The position numbers and the translations under genes are program-made. Below the pieces are notes generated by a model. The model did no database searches, was not told where the DNA came from, and saw nothing but the letters and a program-made list of their open reading frames with translations. Of a stretch of 64,000 bases of DNA, positions 34,546 through 46,612 are shown piece after piece (the first letter of the stretch is position 1; the number at the start of each line of letters is the position of its first letter). Location: assembly GCA_965645245.1 (NCBI GenBank), contig OZ287081.1, positions 248,001 to 312,000 of the forward strand. Reading direction: 5' to 3'. This DNA comes from Massalongia carnosa. Its lineage: Eukaryota.

Positions 34546-36910
34546 ACTCTTCCTATCTATTGTGGTAGGTGGTCAGGCGCATTGGCTTGATTCCACACCG
34601 CCATTTCAGAATTGGCTCCTTTTGGTAACCAAGTGGTCTTAACCCTCCTGCCTCACACCGCTCCTCCTTTTCGGGTAGGAAGTTCTTCCAGAGGTGGATC
34701 GGACTTTCGGTCTGATACTGATTATGCCCCTTTTGTTCTAGGTGCTTTGCTCTGGGGGTTGTGGGGTATTTGTGGCCTGTCGCTAGCGAAGATTAATGAG
34801 CTTATGAGCTGGCCGGGCTCATAACCTGTAGAAGTATGAGGTTATTCATTTTGTTATATTCATGATTCTATAACTCTCACCTTCTAAAATCATCCAAGTC
34901 TGCCGCATACCGGAATAGGTCTACTGTTACACGTGACCATAATAATGTCTAGCGCCATAGGTTGGTATCCAACATTACTCAAGGCTTTGCATTGGTCACA
35001 GAGACTAATGATAAGAATCATCTCGTTATACTAGATTGCACCCGTCATCACAAAAGAGAAAAAACACTAGACAGCTAGAGGAGAAGGACCGCGTACGAAA
35101 AAACACGAAGGTCTCGTTCAACGAGTGCAAATATCGACTAAGACCGAAGTAAAATAAAGACGAATCGTAGAGATTAATCATCACCAATCCTGATCACAAT
35201 CACGAGATGGCTACAGACCCCTTCGGTTTCAAAGAGCATCGTAGCCAAGCCCTCGATCGAGCAACTGCCCTAGATCAAGCAAAAAGTCTCCGTGATGCAT
35301 CAACTAGATACGGTCAAGCATCTCGCGTTTTGGGAATGACTGGCCTGCGCCTTTCGAAGAAGGACTATTACAACCTGGCTCGATCCTAGGGCAAACATAC
35401 ACCTGAAGAAGAGTTGACCTATGCACTTGGATTTCTAGAAGAAGAAGGGTTTCATGTACGGACTTTGGAGAAATATCTCGTTGAAAACAATACTCCCCGA
35501 AGCCGTGTTGTTGAATATTTCTTTTTCTGTAACGCTGAACAGATCCGACTGACTAGACGATTCGTCAGTCGATTTTTGATAGAAACGGATGCTACGTTCA
35601 ATACAAATCAGTTGAACTTACCTCTATCGGTGTTGGTTGGCATCACCAACACAAATCAGACTTTCCCCGCGGCCTATTGTTATATAACTTCTGAATCGGC
35701 TGAGTGCTTTACGTTTCTACTTGATTGTATGAAAGATCTCTTTTTTCATGATACAGGTCCTGGTCCCTAGGGTCATCCTCGGAGACTTCGCCGCTGGATT
35801 GACTGCAGCGATGCATAAAAAACGGGCTAAGGAAATAAACCCGGATGCAGCAATGACCGTTGCATGCCAAGTCGCCCAATCAATACACGAAACCGACCCT
35901 GATTGTGTGTTGCAATTATGCACGTGGCCTGATCAGGGCGGGTTCATATCCTTTAGAAGTACGGAAAGAGCTGCATGAATTGATATGGGAGTGGATCAAA
36001 ACTCCTACCGTTGAACAGCTGGATGAGAAGAGAAACGCGTTGATATTGAAGCTTCATGCTTCAGAAAAGGTATGAAGCCATCAAAAAACGTTAATAAGGG
36101 CTAACTCACTCCTATTTCCAGGAGTATTTTACTAGCTATTATCAACGTCAGGAGTATCAGTTTGTTTCCGCATACACCAGAAAGTTCCCTAATTTAGGTG
36201 CACATAGCACACAAAGGGTGGAAAGTTTGCATCCGTTGGTAAAGAATGTGACAAATAGGCATACACCTATTAAGGACTCGGTGCGGAAAATATGCGAAAC
36301 AGTGCAAAGGGTTCAGGTTGACTACGAAATATCAACCAATCATCAACGAATCAACAACCCCCGGCTAATGGATAGAAGTGCGTTCAAAGACCTTATAGGT
36401 TTAATAACTCATCATGCTATTGACCTCATATCTAGAGAGTTGGATGCAGCTAAACTTTTAGCCGAAGATTTCAATCAACAGGTTTCTTTTGGAGTTGAAG
36501 GGACTGCATTAACCGAACCAACCGGTGAGGATTGTATGTATGATTGTGATTTGCCTCCACGATACGGTCTTCCGTGCAGATGCTGGTTGTATCGTTGCGT
36601 CATTGATGTTATCCCCATACCTATCTCCCTCATTCATCCCCGCTGGTTTTTCGATGGCCCGCCTTTTGTGGTCTCGTGGAGCATGGTTTTCGACCCCACC
36701 ATAAATTTCGCTGAGATGTTTCGGAGAGCAGCTCACAGGAAGACCACAGAAGAGCAGGATGAGGAGGCGGATGAGGGGGGGAATGCTCAACAAAGACAAG
36801 AATCTGAGCCGGAAGAGGAGATCGAGAAGGCAGTTGACAATGATACTGGGGATAGATTTCGTCGCGGGGGTGTTGATTTGCTGCATGCGGCCGCACATCA
36901 ATCTATTGAT

Positions 36911-38559
36911 GATGATGATAAAATCTTACACCGATATGTCACCGGCCGAAGGCCGGCCCATGCGGGCGTGGTTCTATATGACTATTGTACATAGGAAAAC
37001 CTTTTAAGGAATAAAAACCTAGTAACCAAAATTATCGCCTGCGGGATCCCCATGACCCCTCAGTGTACCTAATAACGTGTATCTGTGAGGTCCTTGAAAG
37101 AAAAAGGAAAAGAACGAAAGAAAAGGGGAAGAAGTCAAACATTTCAAATGCTGTGTCGACGGGAACTATCCGTACAGCATGGTTGCTGCAATTGAAAACT
37201 GTTTTATTATATCTGCCCGCATTAACCATGCTGTCAGCTTTTTCAATTTTGCGGAATTTTCAATTATCGTGCGATAATTGTTAGTTTTCACTTGATTAAA
37301 TAATTCATTTCTTCCGTCTATCAGCTGACAGTGCATGATGACGTGTTTGGCCGTCTGCCTTGGCCATCCACATATGCACGCCGGTGAGTTTACATTGGGT
37401 ACCCTTCGGTTGAAAAGAAAGTTGGCTAGCCCGATTTTCTCCGTGCGAATTTGCGTTGCTAGTGAACTCTCCGCTTTTGCCAAATTGCTGTGAATTTTTA
37501 ATCTCTTTTTGTCAAGCGAAGCTTGTTGAGCCTCGGTGGGGAGTGGAATGCGATTTTGATAAGTCGCCCATGTTGACTTCCATATTTTCATATGATGCTC
37601 CATGAGCCGCGTATGATGTGCCCGTTGGGCCGTTCGCGCTTCTCTCAGCTCCTTGAGATATTCTGGACTGGCCTCGTACCACGGGGGCGCGGAAGGCGGT
37701 AATCTGACGGCGGCCTCTCCATTTAACATTGCCTTGGCCCATGTGTGTTTCAGTTCTCCGGGTGTTGGCGGCGGAGTTTTTCTTCGACCCGCTCTTTCCC
37801 GTAGCTTATTAGCTATTATCTTGCATGCGGAGTTAGCGAGTGCTTTTTGCCCCGTGATTCGTAGTCGATATCTGGCTTTAGCCTGCAGTTGATCCAAATA
37901 CACATCTATTGGGGCTATGTGTGTTTCTGCCTCCAGCACCGGTATCGGGGTAGCCTTGAACGCTCCGGCGACTGTGCGTAGGCATCTGTTCTGAATGACC
38001 GCCAATTTGGACGTTATAGATTTATTTCTATTTACGTCTTTCGGGGTGTGCCAGACGATTGAACCATATGTCATGGCCGGCTGCACCACCGCCGTGTATA
38101 CTTGCCTGGCCCTAGCGAACGAAGCTCCCCAGGTAGACGTGGAAATTTTTGTTAAGGCCATGCTCTGCTTGACCATCTTCTCCTGCGTTTTCCGTATGTG
38201 AGCACCCCACTTAAGTTTGGTATCTATTTGAAGACCGAGTGTTCTTATATCCGCTTTTGGTTTGATTTGGATTTCTAGATAAATGAATAAGCTCGTACTT
38301 AGTCGGAGCAAATAAGGATCCGTGCCGTAGAGCCCATCTTTCACATTCTCTGTGAATTCTTTCTAGCGTTCTGCAATTTTCTTGCGTGCTTTTCCCATAT
38401 GCTAGTACATTGATGTCATCGACGAATCCGAGTCCGCTCGTTTTCGTGCCGGGCCTGTTACATATGTCTAGTAAATCCGCATTGTAGAACAAATACAGAA
38501 CGGGAGAGATGGGTGAACCTTGCGGAATTCCGGTTCTCGCATCAAACTCGTCGGTGGTT
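36911..38559 (-). mobile_element. 5'-truncated Tad1-like non-LTR retrotransposon (LINE)
   Basis: GIPQGSPISP and FVDD RT motifs; C-terminal CICG...AKHVIMHC; (ATC)n 3' tail; 16-17 bp TSD cacatcaatctattgat (36894-36910 and 38560-38576). Confidence 0.93.
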
Positions 38560-39655
38560 CACATCAATCTATTGATTTTCATAAATCAATAGAAAATGTT
38601 GCATAGAAGGGAGGGATACGCTCGTGAATTCGCCAAATTCACAGCTATTTTCAATAAAAAATGGCAGGATAAGGAGCTGGCGAGGCCACTTATCCCTACA
38701 ACTTTCCCCGACGAAATCCGACCGAAGGACAACCTCATGTATAAAAAGAGTGGGAGTCGCCGGCGGGCTTACACTGGCCGTGAGGCAGCTGAGGCAGATG
38801 AAGCTAAGCAGCGACGTGCTAAACGTAAGGACTCGATTGAAGAGGGGAGGAGAGGAAGGCATAAGGATGAATTGCGGGCAGGCGGTGAAGACAAGGGTAT
38901 GATTGATGATAAAAAACTCACGATATCAGCAAATCGATCGATGTAGCGCGGCTATTATTCGGTATAGATTCCGGAGATGCTATCATCGTATCTGACGACG
39001 ATGACCTGCAATATATAGCAACTCAGCCTACCCCCGATCCTCCGCTCCCTCTGAATGAGAATGATGATTTTATGCCTCCATCCCCGGCATCTTCTTCCGA
39101 TTCATTTGAGAATATTGATGAAGTGCTGGCGAAAAATAGCCAAAAGGCTCTTTCCCAAACGGTTCCTTCTCCAAAAGCTCCTTCCCTTTATAGCCTCAGT
39201 CAAAAAACCATCCGCGCTAGCCAGCTACCATCCACATCGTCTGCAACAACAACACGAGGGTCACAGGTGTGGTAGCCAAAAAATCGAAGGCTCAGTTGGA
39301 GTTGGAGTCTTAGCAGAGGGCCGACCAAGCGGCCAAACAAGCAAGGGCTGAGGAGAGGAAAAACGCAGCTGCAAGAAAGGTTGCTAAGACTATGAAGCCT
39401 AGAAAGGATGATGTTTCGCAATTGAGTGATGCATTTTCGGAATTGAGATCATCGCAATGAGTGGTAGGAGTAGTAGTAGGAGTAGTAGTAATAGTAATAG
39501 TATGAATAGATGAGGATTTTTCAGAATGCGAGGCTAAGCTAAATCAGCTAGAGGAAGCTTGCGGAGAGATGGACGTGCACATATTTAGTATGGGGAGGTG
39601 GCTTGTAGCTAGTCCTAATTTGCAATGATTTTCGCTGGGGGGGAGGTGGGACTGC

Positions 39656-39737
39656 TCGCTGGTGGACGGGCAACAATAGGAGCAGTTTTACCCTAGTCAT
39701 ATCAATTACCCAGTGCTACCATTTCACAGTTCTAACA
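39656..39737 (-). repeat. Partial inverted copy of the LTR-like element at 47181-47512
   Basis: Reverse complement reads tgttagaactgtga...aatggtagcactgggtaattgatatgactagggtaaaactgctcctat...ccaccagcga. Confidence 0.78.
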
Positions 39738-40415
39738 AAGCAGAATGCATTCTTTTGATATTGAGCTGTCGCGCACAGAACATGAAAGTTGTGATACAGA
39801 GTGAGCGAATGCTTAGTGCTCATAGAAGAGTGATGCTGTGAATATCGTTATTCGACAAGTCGACTTCCACGTCAAGCAGCGTTAGAATCACGTTATACAT
39901 AATCGGAGAAGTTGAATCATTAGTACTAGTTTATTCTATGGACTTGATGGACTTGATGGAGAAAATGTCTTCCTTCCCGTTTAACTCGATTATGATCTTG
40001 TGGAAGAATCCTCAGGGTTAGAGAGTAGTGCTTGACGTAGTAGCCGACTTCTCGAATAACGATGCTCACAGCAGTGTTAGAACACGCCATGCATACTCGG
40101 AGAAGTTGAATCATTAGTTCTATTCTATGGATTTGATGAACTTCGTACCCGTTTAACTCGTGGAAGAACACATCAAGATGTAGCCTTATCTTATCTACCT
40201 CGAAGATCATTGGCGATGACGTGTCTGAACTATGTACGCCGCCTAGATGCATTCGGTGAAACGAGTTGGAGCAATCAGTGCTAAGAAAGCAAAAGGCTGC
40301 GCCCACTTGTCTTGGAGAAATTTTACTCTCTCTTGACCACCAGTACACCTCAGCATTGTTTTGAGGAGTCTACTGTTGCCAGCGCAATACCTTAGTCTAC
40401 AACTATCATTATTTG

Positions 40416-43400
40416 ATGCAGGATTCGATGGAAAGCTCTTCGAAACGGGAGCGATTGAGGTCCTTGTTTAGTCACAAGGCTAGTAAGGCAAAACAGGACT
40501 CGTGCGGAATTTCAGTGCAAGGATCTTCCACATCACAATCAACGAAACCTGATTATGCCTCTATTCCGACATCAGCTGTCAAGGTGAACACGGGCTCCGG
40601 ATCGGTTCCGAATTCAACTGAAGAGGCGAGATCGATCAAAACATCTTCTTCAGCGGGTGGGCAAGCTCTGAATGTTCAGAGTAGTCTCTGGGACATTACG
40701 CTACAGAAACTATCATTAGAGGAGAGAGCGGCTATTCAACAAACAACCTTGAATTCAAAACTAGAAATCGTGGAAAAATTACACGGTGTTGTTCAGCAGA
40801 AACGAGATGAATGCCGCGAGAAACAATGGAAATTTCGTTTCCAAGGCCAAGAGATCATCCTTCGCGATTTAGCGGAGAAAATTATCTTTGGACTCAACAA
40901 ATTCAAGGAAATTGGAGACGTGGCGGTAAATTTTGATCCCGTTCATGCTGCGTTGCCATGGGCGGGAGTCAGGTTTTTGCTTCAGGTGAGATTGGATCTT
41001 CCTTTCACATGATCTTGAAAAGACCTAACCCTGGAAAAGATGGCGGTGGGAGAAAGAGAGTTGATGGCAGCTTTACTTATTGGCGGAGAGAAGGTGACGC
41101 AACTTATCAATCGGTGCACAATATATGAACTCCTTTACCTTCCTTCGGATGTATCCGGACCGTTCACACTTGCAATAGAGAACTTGACAACGGCGTTGAC
41201 AGCCTTGTATCTCGCTGTGTTAAGATTCCTTGCCCGTGCAAAGAAGGAATATGATAAAGGATCTGTATCTCGAACTCTGGGGAGTGTGTTGGGTTCGAAA
41301 GTTCTCGAATTTGTTGAGAGTTGTAAGGACTTAGAAACCCAAGTAGATACGGAGGCAGGAATTTTGGACCGCATACGAGGCCGAGGGGCAAACATGAAGC
41401 TTGAGAGCTTGTTAGAAGATTTGAAAAATCCTATCCTGCGCATCGAAGATCAAGTGGGTGCCTTGAGCAATATATATGAAGAGGATAAACAATGTAAAAT
41501 ACTCTCTTGGATATCCGACATTCCATACAAGGACATCCACTATGTTGCTCGCGAAGGATGGACGAAGGGGACAGGAAATTGGCTGCTGGAGCATGACCGA
41601 TATGTAAAATGGCGTGCGTCTAGCGCATCTACAATATTATGGCTGCACGGAATGCGTAAGTGTATATACAATATCTAGCATTTCTTACTGACTGTGTCCA
41701 TCAGCTGGCGCTGGCAAAACTAAACTTGTGTCAACAGTCGTCGATGATCTGACTAAAAGTTTTGCTCAGCAATCGAATGACGAGGCGCTGGCCTACTTTT
41801 ATTGCGATCGCAATCAGCCTAATCGTCAAGACCCAGCAGTGATCATGAGCAGCTTCGTGCGACAATTGTCGAGAGTCAAAAGCAGCAACACGATTCAACG
41901 TCCGATAATTCAAAAGTATGAAATAGAGCAAGAAAATGGCTTTGCCTCAAGAGGGCTCAAGATTGAGGAAAGTTTTAATCTTCTACTTCAGCTGATTGAA
42001 AGTTATCCTCAAATCACGCTAGTTGTGGACGCTTTGGATGAGTGCAACAAGGAAACAAGGGCCTCTTTCATGGAAAAGTTAAACACCTTGGTCAGCGGCA
42101 AGTCTTCTAACTTGGTAAAAATTTTCATCTCGAGCAGGCCAGACCTAGATATCAAACACCGATTTAGTGATGGATCAAACATGGAAATCAGGGCAACGGA
42201 TAATGAGAAGGACATAGCAATGTTTATTGACGATAAGATCAAAGATAAAAAGGAATGGTATTGCAAGATAAGTCTCGAACTTAGAGAGCTCATCTCCGAG
42301 ACGTTGGTGAGCAAAAGTGACGGAATGTAAGTTTCTATAACTGTCGGCCACTAGCATTGATTTCTAACAGTAGAATAGGTTTCAGTGGGCGTCTCTGCAG
42401 ATTATTCAACTACATAAACTTCTGCCCCGTAGACGCGATATTGAAGAGCGACTAGGCAAACTTCCTAAGGACCTTGATGCGGCATATGACGAAATATATC
42501 GCAGAATCAAGGCTCAAGAAGGAAGTGCGCCCGAAATTGCCAATCGTGCATTTCAATGGATCATGTACTCCGTTGTCCCCTTATCGCCAGAAGCATTAGT
42601 CGCTGGGGTTTGTCAAGATCCTAACACGGACATTGTCGACGCTGTTGATGTCGATATCGATACTGTTCTCGACGCTTGTCAAAACTTAATCGTTGTTGAT
42701 TCTCAGCTTCATATCTGCCGATTTTCCCACTTATCAGTTCAAGAATATCTGGAAAGATACTGGGAATACTATGGTGCAAATGTTCTAATAGCGAAAGTAT
42801 GTTTGTCTTTGTTGAATGATCCAGTTCAACAAAAACGGGATACCGAATTGCAAGACGAAAACAAAAAACTCGACGACATTATTCGCTACGCAAGATTCTG
42901 TTGGGCAGATCACGTACAAAACCACGATAAAGAAATGATTGATTCTCGTTTATCGGCTATTTTAAAGCAATTTCTTGGATCCTTCAATGAAAGCAGCCCA
43001 GCGTACAAGAGTTGGCATGAAATAATAGACATGGATAAAAATAGGAGAGATCGTGATAAGCAAATGTTTAATACCAGTCTGGTAAATAAAGTTTTTCATA
43101 GTATTAGTCCTTCTTCTTTAACTTTACTGGCAATATCAGCGTTTGGATTCAATAAAATCATATTGGATTGGTGGGAAACAGCTGTTTTCGATGTCGAGAC
43201 ACGTAATAAGAATAATGAATCATTACTGTATATTGCAAGTCAATACGGTCATCTTTTCATTGTCAAGATTTTGTTGAAGGAAGGGGCGGACGTGAACGCG
43301 CAAGACGGATACTTTGGCAACGCGCTGCAGGCGGCATCGTGGGGAGGTCACGAGAAAATCGTGCAGTTGCTGTTGTACAACGAAGCGGACGTGAACGCGC

Positions 43401-45484
43401 AAGGCGGACCCTATGGCAACGCGCTGCAGGCGGCATCGTCCCGAGGTCACGAGAAAATCGTGCAGTTGCTGTTGAACAACGAAGCGGACGTGAACGCGCA
43501 AGGCGGAGACTATGGCAACGCGCTGCAGGCGGCATCGTCGGGAGGTCAGGAGAAAATCGTGCAGTTGCTGTTGAACAACGAAGCGGACGTGAACGCGCAA
43601 GGCGGATACTTTGGCAACGCGCTGCAGGCGGCATCGTCCGATGGTTACGAGAAAATCGTGCAGTTGCTGTTGAACAACGAAGCGGACGTGAACGCGCAAG
43701 GCGGAGAGTATGGCAACGCGCTGCAGGCGGCATCGTCGGGAGGTCACGAGAAAATCGTGCAGTTGCTGTTGAACAACGAAGCGGACGTGAACGCGCAAGG
43801 CGGATACTTTGGCAACGCGCTGCAGGCGGCATCGTCGGGAGGTCACGAGAAAATCGTGCAGTTGCTGTTGAACAACGAAGCGGACGTGAACGCGCAAGGC
43901 GGAGAGTATGGCAACGCGCTGCAGGCGGCATCGTTCAAAGGTCACGAGAAAATCGTGCAGTTGCTGTTGAACAACGAAGCGGACGTGAACGCGCAAGGCG
44001 GAGAGTATGGCAACGCGCTGCAGGCGGCATCGTGGGGAGGTCACGAGAAAATCGTGCAGTTGCTGTTGAACAACGAAGCGGACGTGAACGCGCAAGGCGG
44101 AGAGTATGGCAACGCGCTGCAGGCGGCATCGTCCGATGGTTACGAGAAAATCGTGCAGTTGCTGTTGAACAACGAAGCGGACGTGAACGCGCAAGGCGGA
44201 GAGTATGGCAACGCGCTGCAGGCGGCATCGTTCAAAGGTCACGAGAAAATCGTGCAGTTGCTGTTGAACAACGAAGCGGACGTGAACGCGCAAGGCGGAG
44301 AGTATGGCAACGCGCTGCAGGCGGCATCGTGGGGAGGTCACGAGAAAATCGTGCAGTTGCTGTTGAACAACGAAGCGGACGTGAACGCGCAAGGCGGATA
44401 CTTTGGCAACGCGCTGCAGGCGGCATCGTCCGATGGTCACGAGAAAATCGTGCAGTTGCTGTTGAACAACGAAGCGGACGTGAACGCGCAAGGCGGATAC
44501 TTTGGCAACGCGCTGCAGGCGGCATCGTCCAAAGGTCACGAGAAAATCGTGCAGTTGCTGTTGAACAACGAAGCGGACGTGAACGCGCAAGGCGGACTCT
44601 ATGGCAACGCGCTGCAGGCGGCATCGTCCGATGGTCACGAGAAAATCGTGCAGTTGCTGTTGAACAACGAAGCGGACGTGAACGCGCAAGGCGGATACTT
44701 TGGCAACGCGCTGCAGGCGGCATCGTCCGATGGTCACGAGAAAATCGTGCAGTTGCTGTTGAACAACGAAGCGGACGTGAACGCGCAAGGCGGATACTTT
44801 GGCAACGCGCTGCAGGCGGCATCGTCCAAAGGTCACGAGAAAATCGTGCAGTTGCTGTTGAACAACGAAGCGGACGTGAACGCGCAAGGCGGACTCTATG
44901 GCAACGCGCTGCAGGCGGCATCGTCCGATGGTCACGAGAAAATCGTGCAGTTGCTGTTGAACAACGAAGCGGACGTGAACGCGCAAGGCGGACCCTATGG
45001 CAACGCGCTGCAGGCGGCATCGTTCAAAGGTCACGAGAAAATCGTGCAGTTGCTGTTGAACAACGAAGCGGAAGTAAATGACAGCGCGCTGCAGAATGCA
45101 TGCATATATGGTCAAGAGAAGGTGATGCAGTTATTGTTGAAAAATGGAGTGCAAGTTAACGACAAGTTGCTGGTAATGACATTGTCGGAAGGTCACATAA
45201 GGATAATACAGAGCAGATTGGGGGAAAAATGGAAAATTAACGATATAGTATTACTGACTACATCATCGAGATATCACGAGAAGGCAGTGCAATTTTTGTT
45301 GAATAACGGGGTGAACGTCAATGACAGCTCGCTGCAGGCATCAAGGGAAGGTTACGAGAATACGATGCAGTGGTTGTTGGATGAAGGAGAGAACATGTAC
45401 GTGAAAGACAGCTCGCTGCAGGCATTGAGGAAATCTCACGAGAGGGTTTTGCAGTTGCTGGAGGCAGCCAAGAAACCTTGCTGA
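40416..45484 (+). CDS. Fungal NLR-like STAND protein: N-terminal Goodbye/NACHT_N-like domain, NACHT, ankyrin repeats (introns 40986-41039, 41656-41704, 42327-42378)
   Basis: [17 protein letters not shown]; spliced Walker A GMPGAGKT; Walker [15 protein letters not shown]; spliced [19 protein letters not shown]; ankyrin array. Confidence 0.93.
43286..45067 (+). repeat. 18 x 99-bp near-identical ankyrin-coding tandem repeat
   Basis: Unit [33 protein letters not shown]. Confidence 0.97.
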
Positions 45485-46380
45485 TATCAAGTCCTTCATC
45501 AATCATCAATACAATAGAGATGCTCCATTTACAGCTGCTTTCAAATAGTCTTCTATTTTCTTCTTGAAAGAATTATGCGGGATGCGAGACACAATTTGAG
45601 AACGTGAGAGCTTGTAATTGAGAAATCCTAGCGTAACAGATTAGCATTGCTTTCCTATCGTTCGATCTGCTTAATTTCTGGCTATTTTCCCCTAAAGGTT
45701 GTTTTATCTTTTTCGCGTTGAACTTTTCATGAGGACTAGGAGTAAAAGAAAGAGGCAGTTTTTAATGTTTTTATCTAACGTAGTTCAGAAATCGAATATA
45801 ATAATTCGGCTAGGGCGAAAGGTAATGCCGGGACCGAGTGGAGGCAGGCCGTGGATAGCCGACGAAGGCCGAAGGTCGAAGGAGGATGATGCCCAAAATA
45901 GTTGGACAAGCAAGGGAGAGAAAAGGGCATAAATAGGCCTTTTGGCACTCTTCTCCTCATCATCACCATTGATTCCGAGTTCAGCACCAAAAGGTCTTTT
46001 GCCCATCCGCCCACACTCCCTGAATCAGCCGCATAGGTAGACGGAGTTTTTCAGAGTTGCCCAAACATAGATAGAAATTATGTATATGTTCAGCTGACAC
46101 GATTGAGCCCGCGAATTACATATCTCTGGCCAAAATCGTGAGAGTTCGAGAAATCAATCTTGGAGTTAAAGCACTAAGAGTAAAATTAGTCGGGAGATAT
46201 TTAGATGAAAATCATAGGTAGAATCATGAAGTAGCGGAGAGTACTGCGAACTTCATCGTTATTAATATATTGTCTTCAGTAAGAGAGAGAGATGTTACAT
46301 TTGCATTTCAAGCAATGCTTCAGAGGAAAAGACGAAAGCAGAACAAGTCAGCAACCGATCACAAACGATAATAAACCGAC

Positions 46381-46567
46381 CGAGGTGCTTAGGGTCCCGT
46401 CCCTCCCCCCGTGTAAATCTTTGCTAGTAAACAGCCATTTCACTGCTTATCCAGGGTGCGTACAAGCTAGTAATGCAGCTACCAACGGCACATTAAACTC
46501 TTTTCGGTTTAAATCGTATGACGTGTTATTGCTACTAATAATTACCCTACTCGGTCTGATAAAGTAT

Positions 46568-46612
<45 letters not shown>

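Larger units (their letters stand above)
29559..34974 (-). mobile_element. Ty1/Copia LTR retrotransposon, full length, with a few lesions
   Basis: LTRs at 29559-29723 and 34827-34974 (several indels); TSD TTACT; PBS GGTTATGAGCCC; domain order gag-PR-IN-RT-RH. Confidence 0.96.
29498..39655 (+). mobile_element. MULE transposon 2, degenerate, left end missing, interrupted by Copia and LINE
   Basis: Coding frame FISWEEGKTRLQNYAFT|QGFALV spans the Copia insertion; ETDATFNTNQLNLPL, ILGDFAAGL, LQLCTW, STQRVESLH and YGLPCRC motifs; coding ends at about 39460. Confidence 0.82.

Noticed and set aside
40416..40700. N-terminal amyloid signalling motif or adjacent HeLo/HET effector gene
   Set aside because: The N-terminus is Ser-rich low complexity with no recognisable G/N/Q pseudo-repeat, and no effector ORF is seen nearby.
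43286..45067. CRISPR-like or TALE-like array
   Set aside because: No unique spacers and no cas genes; the units are in-frame 33-aa ankyrin repeats in a eukaryotic gene.
43223..45115. Long alternative-frame and antisense ORFs (630, 580, 262, 222 aa) over the ankyrin array
   Set aside because: A by-product of a stop-free 99-bp unit repeated 18 times; no independent protein signature.
46568..46610. (ACCCTC)7 as an interstitial telomere
   Set aside because: Not the canonical CCCTAA; a short microsatellite inside MULE 3 near its internal deletion.
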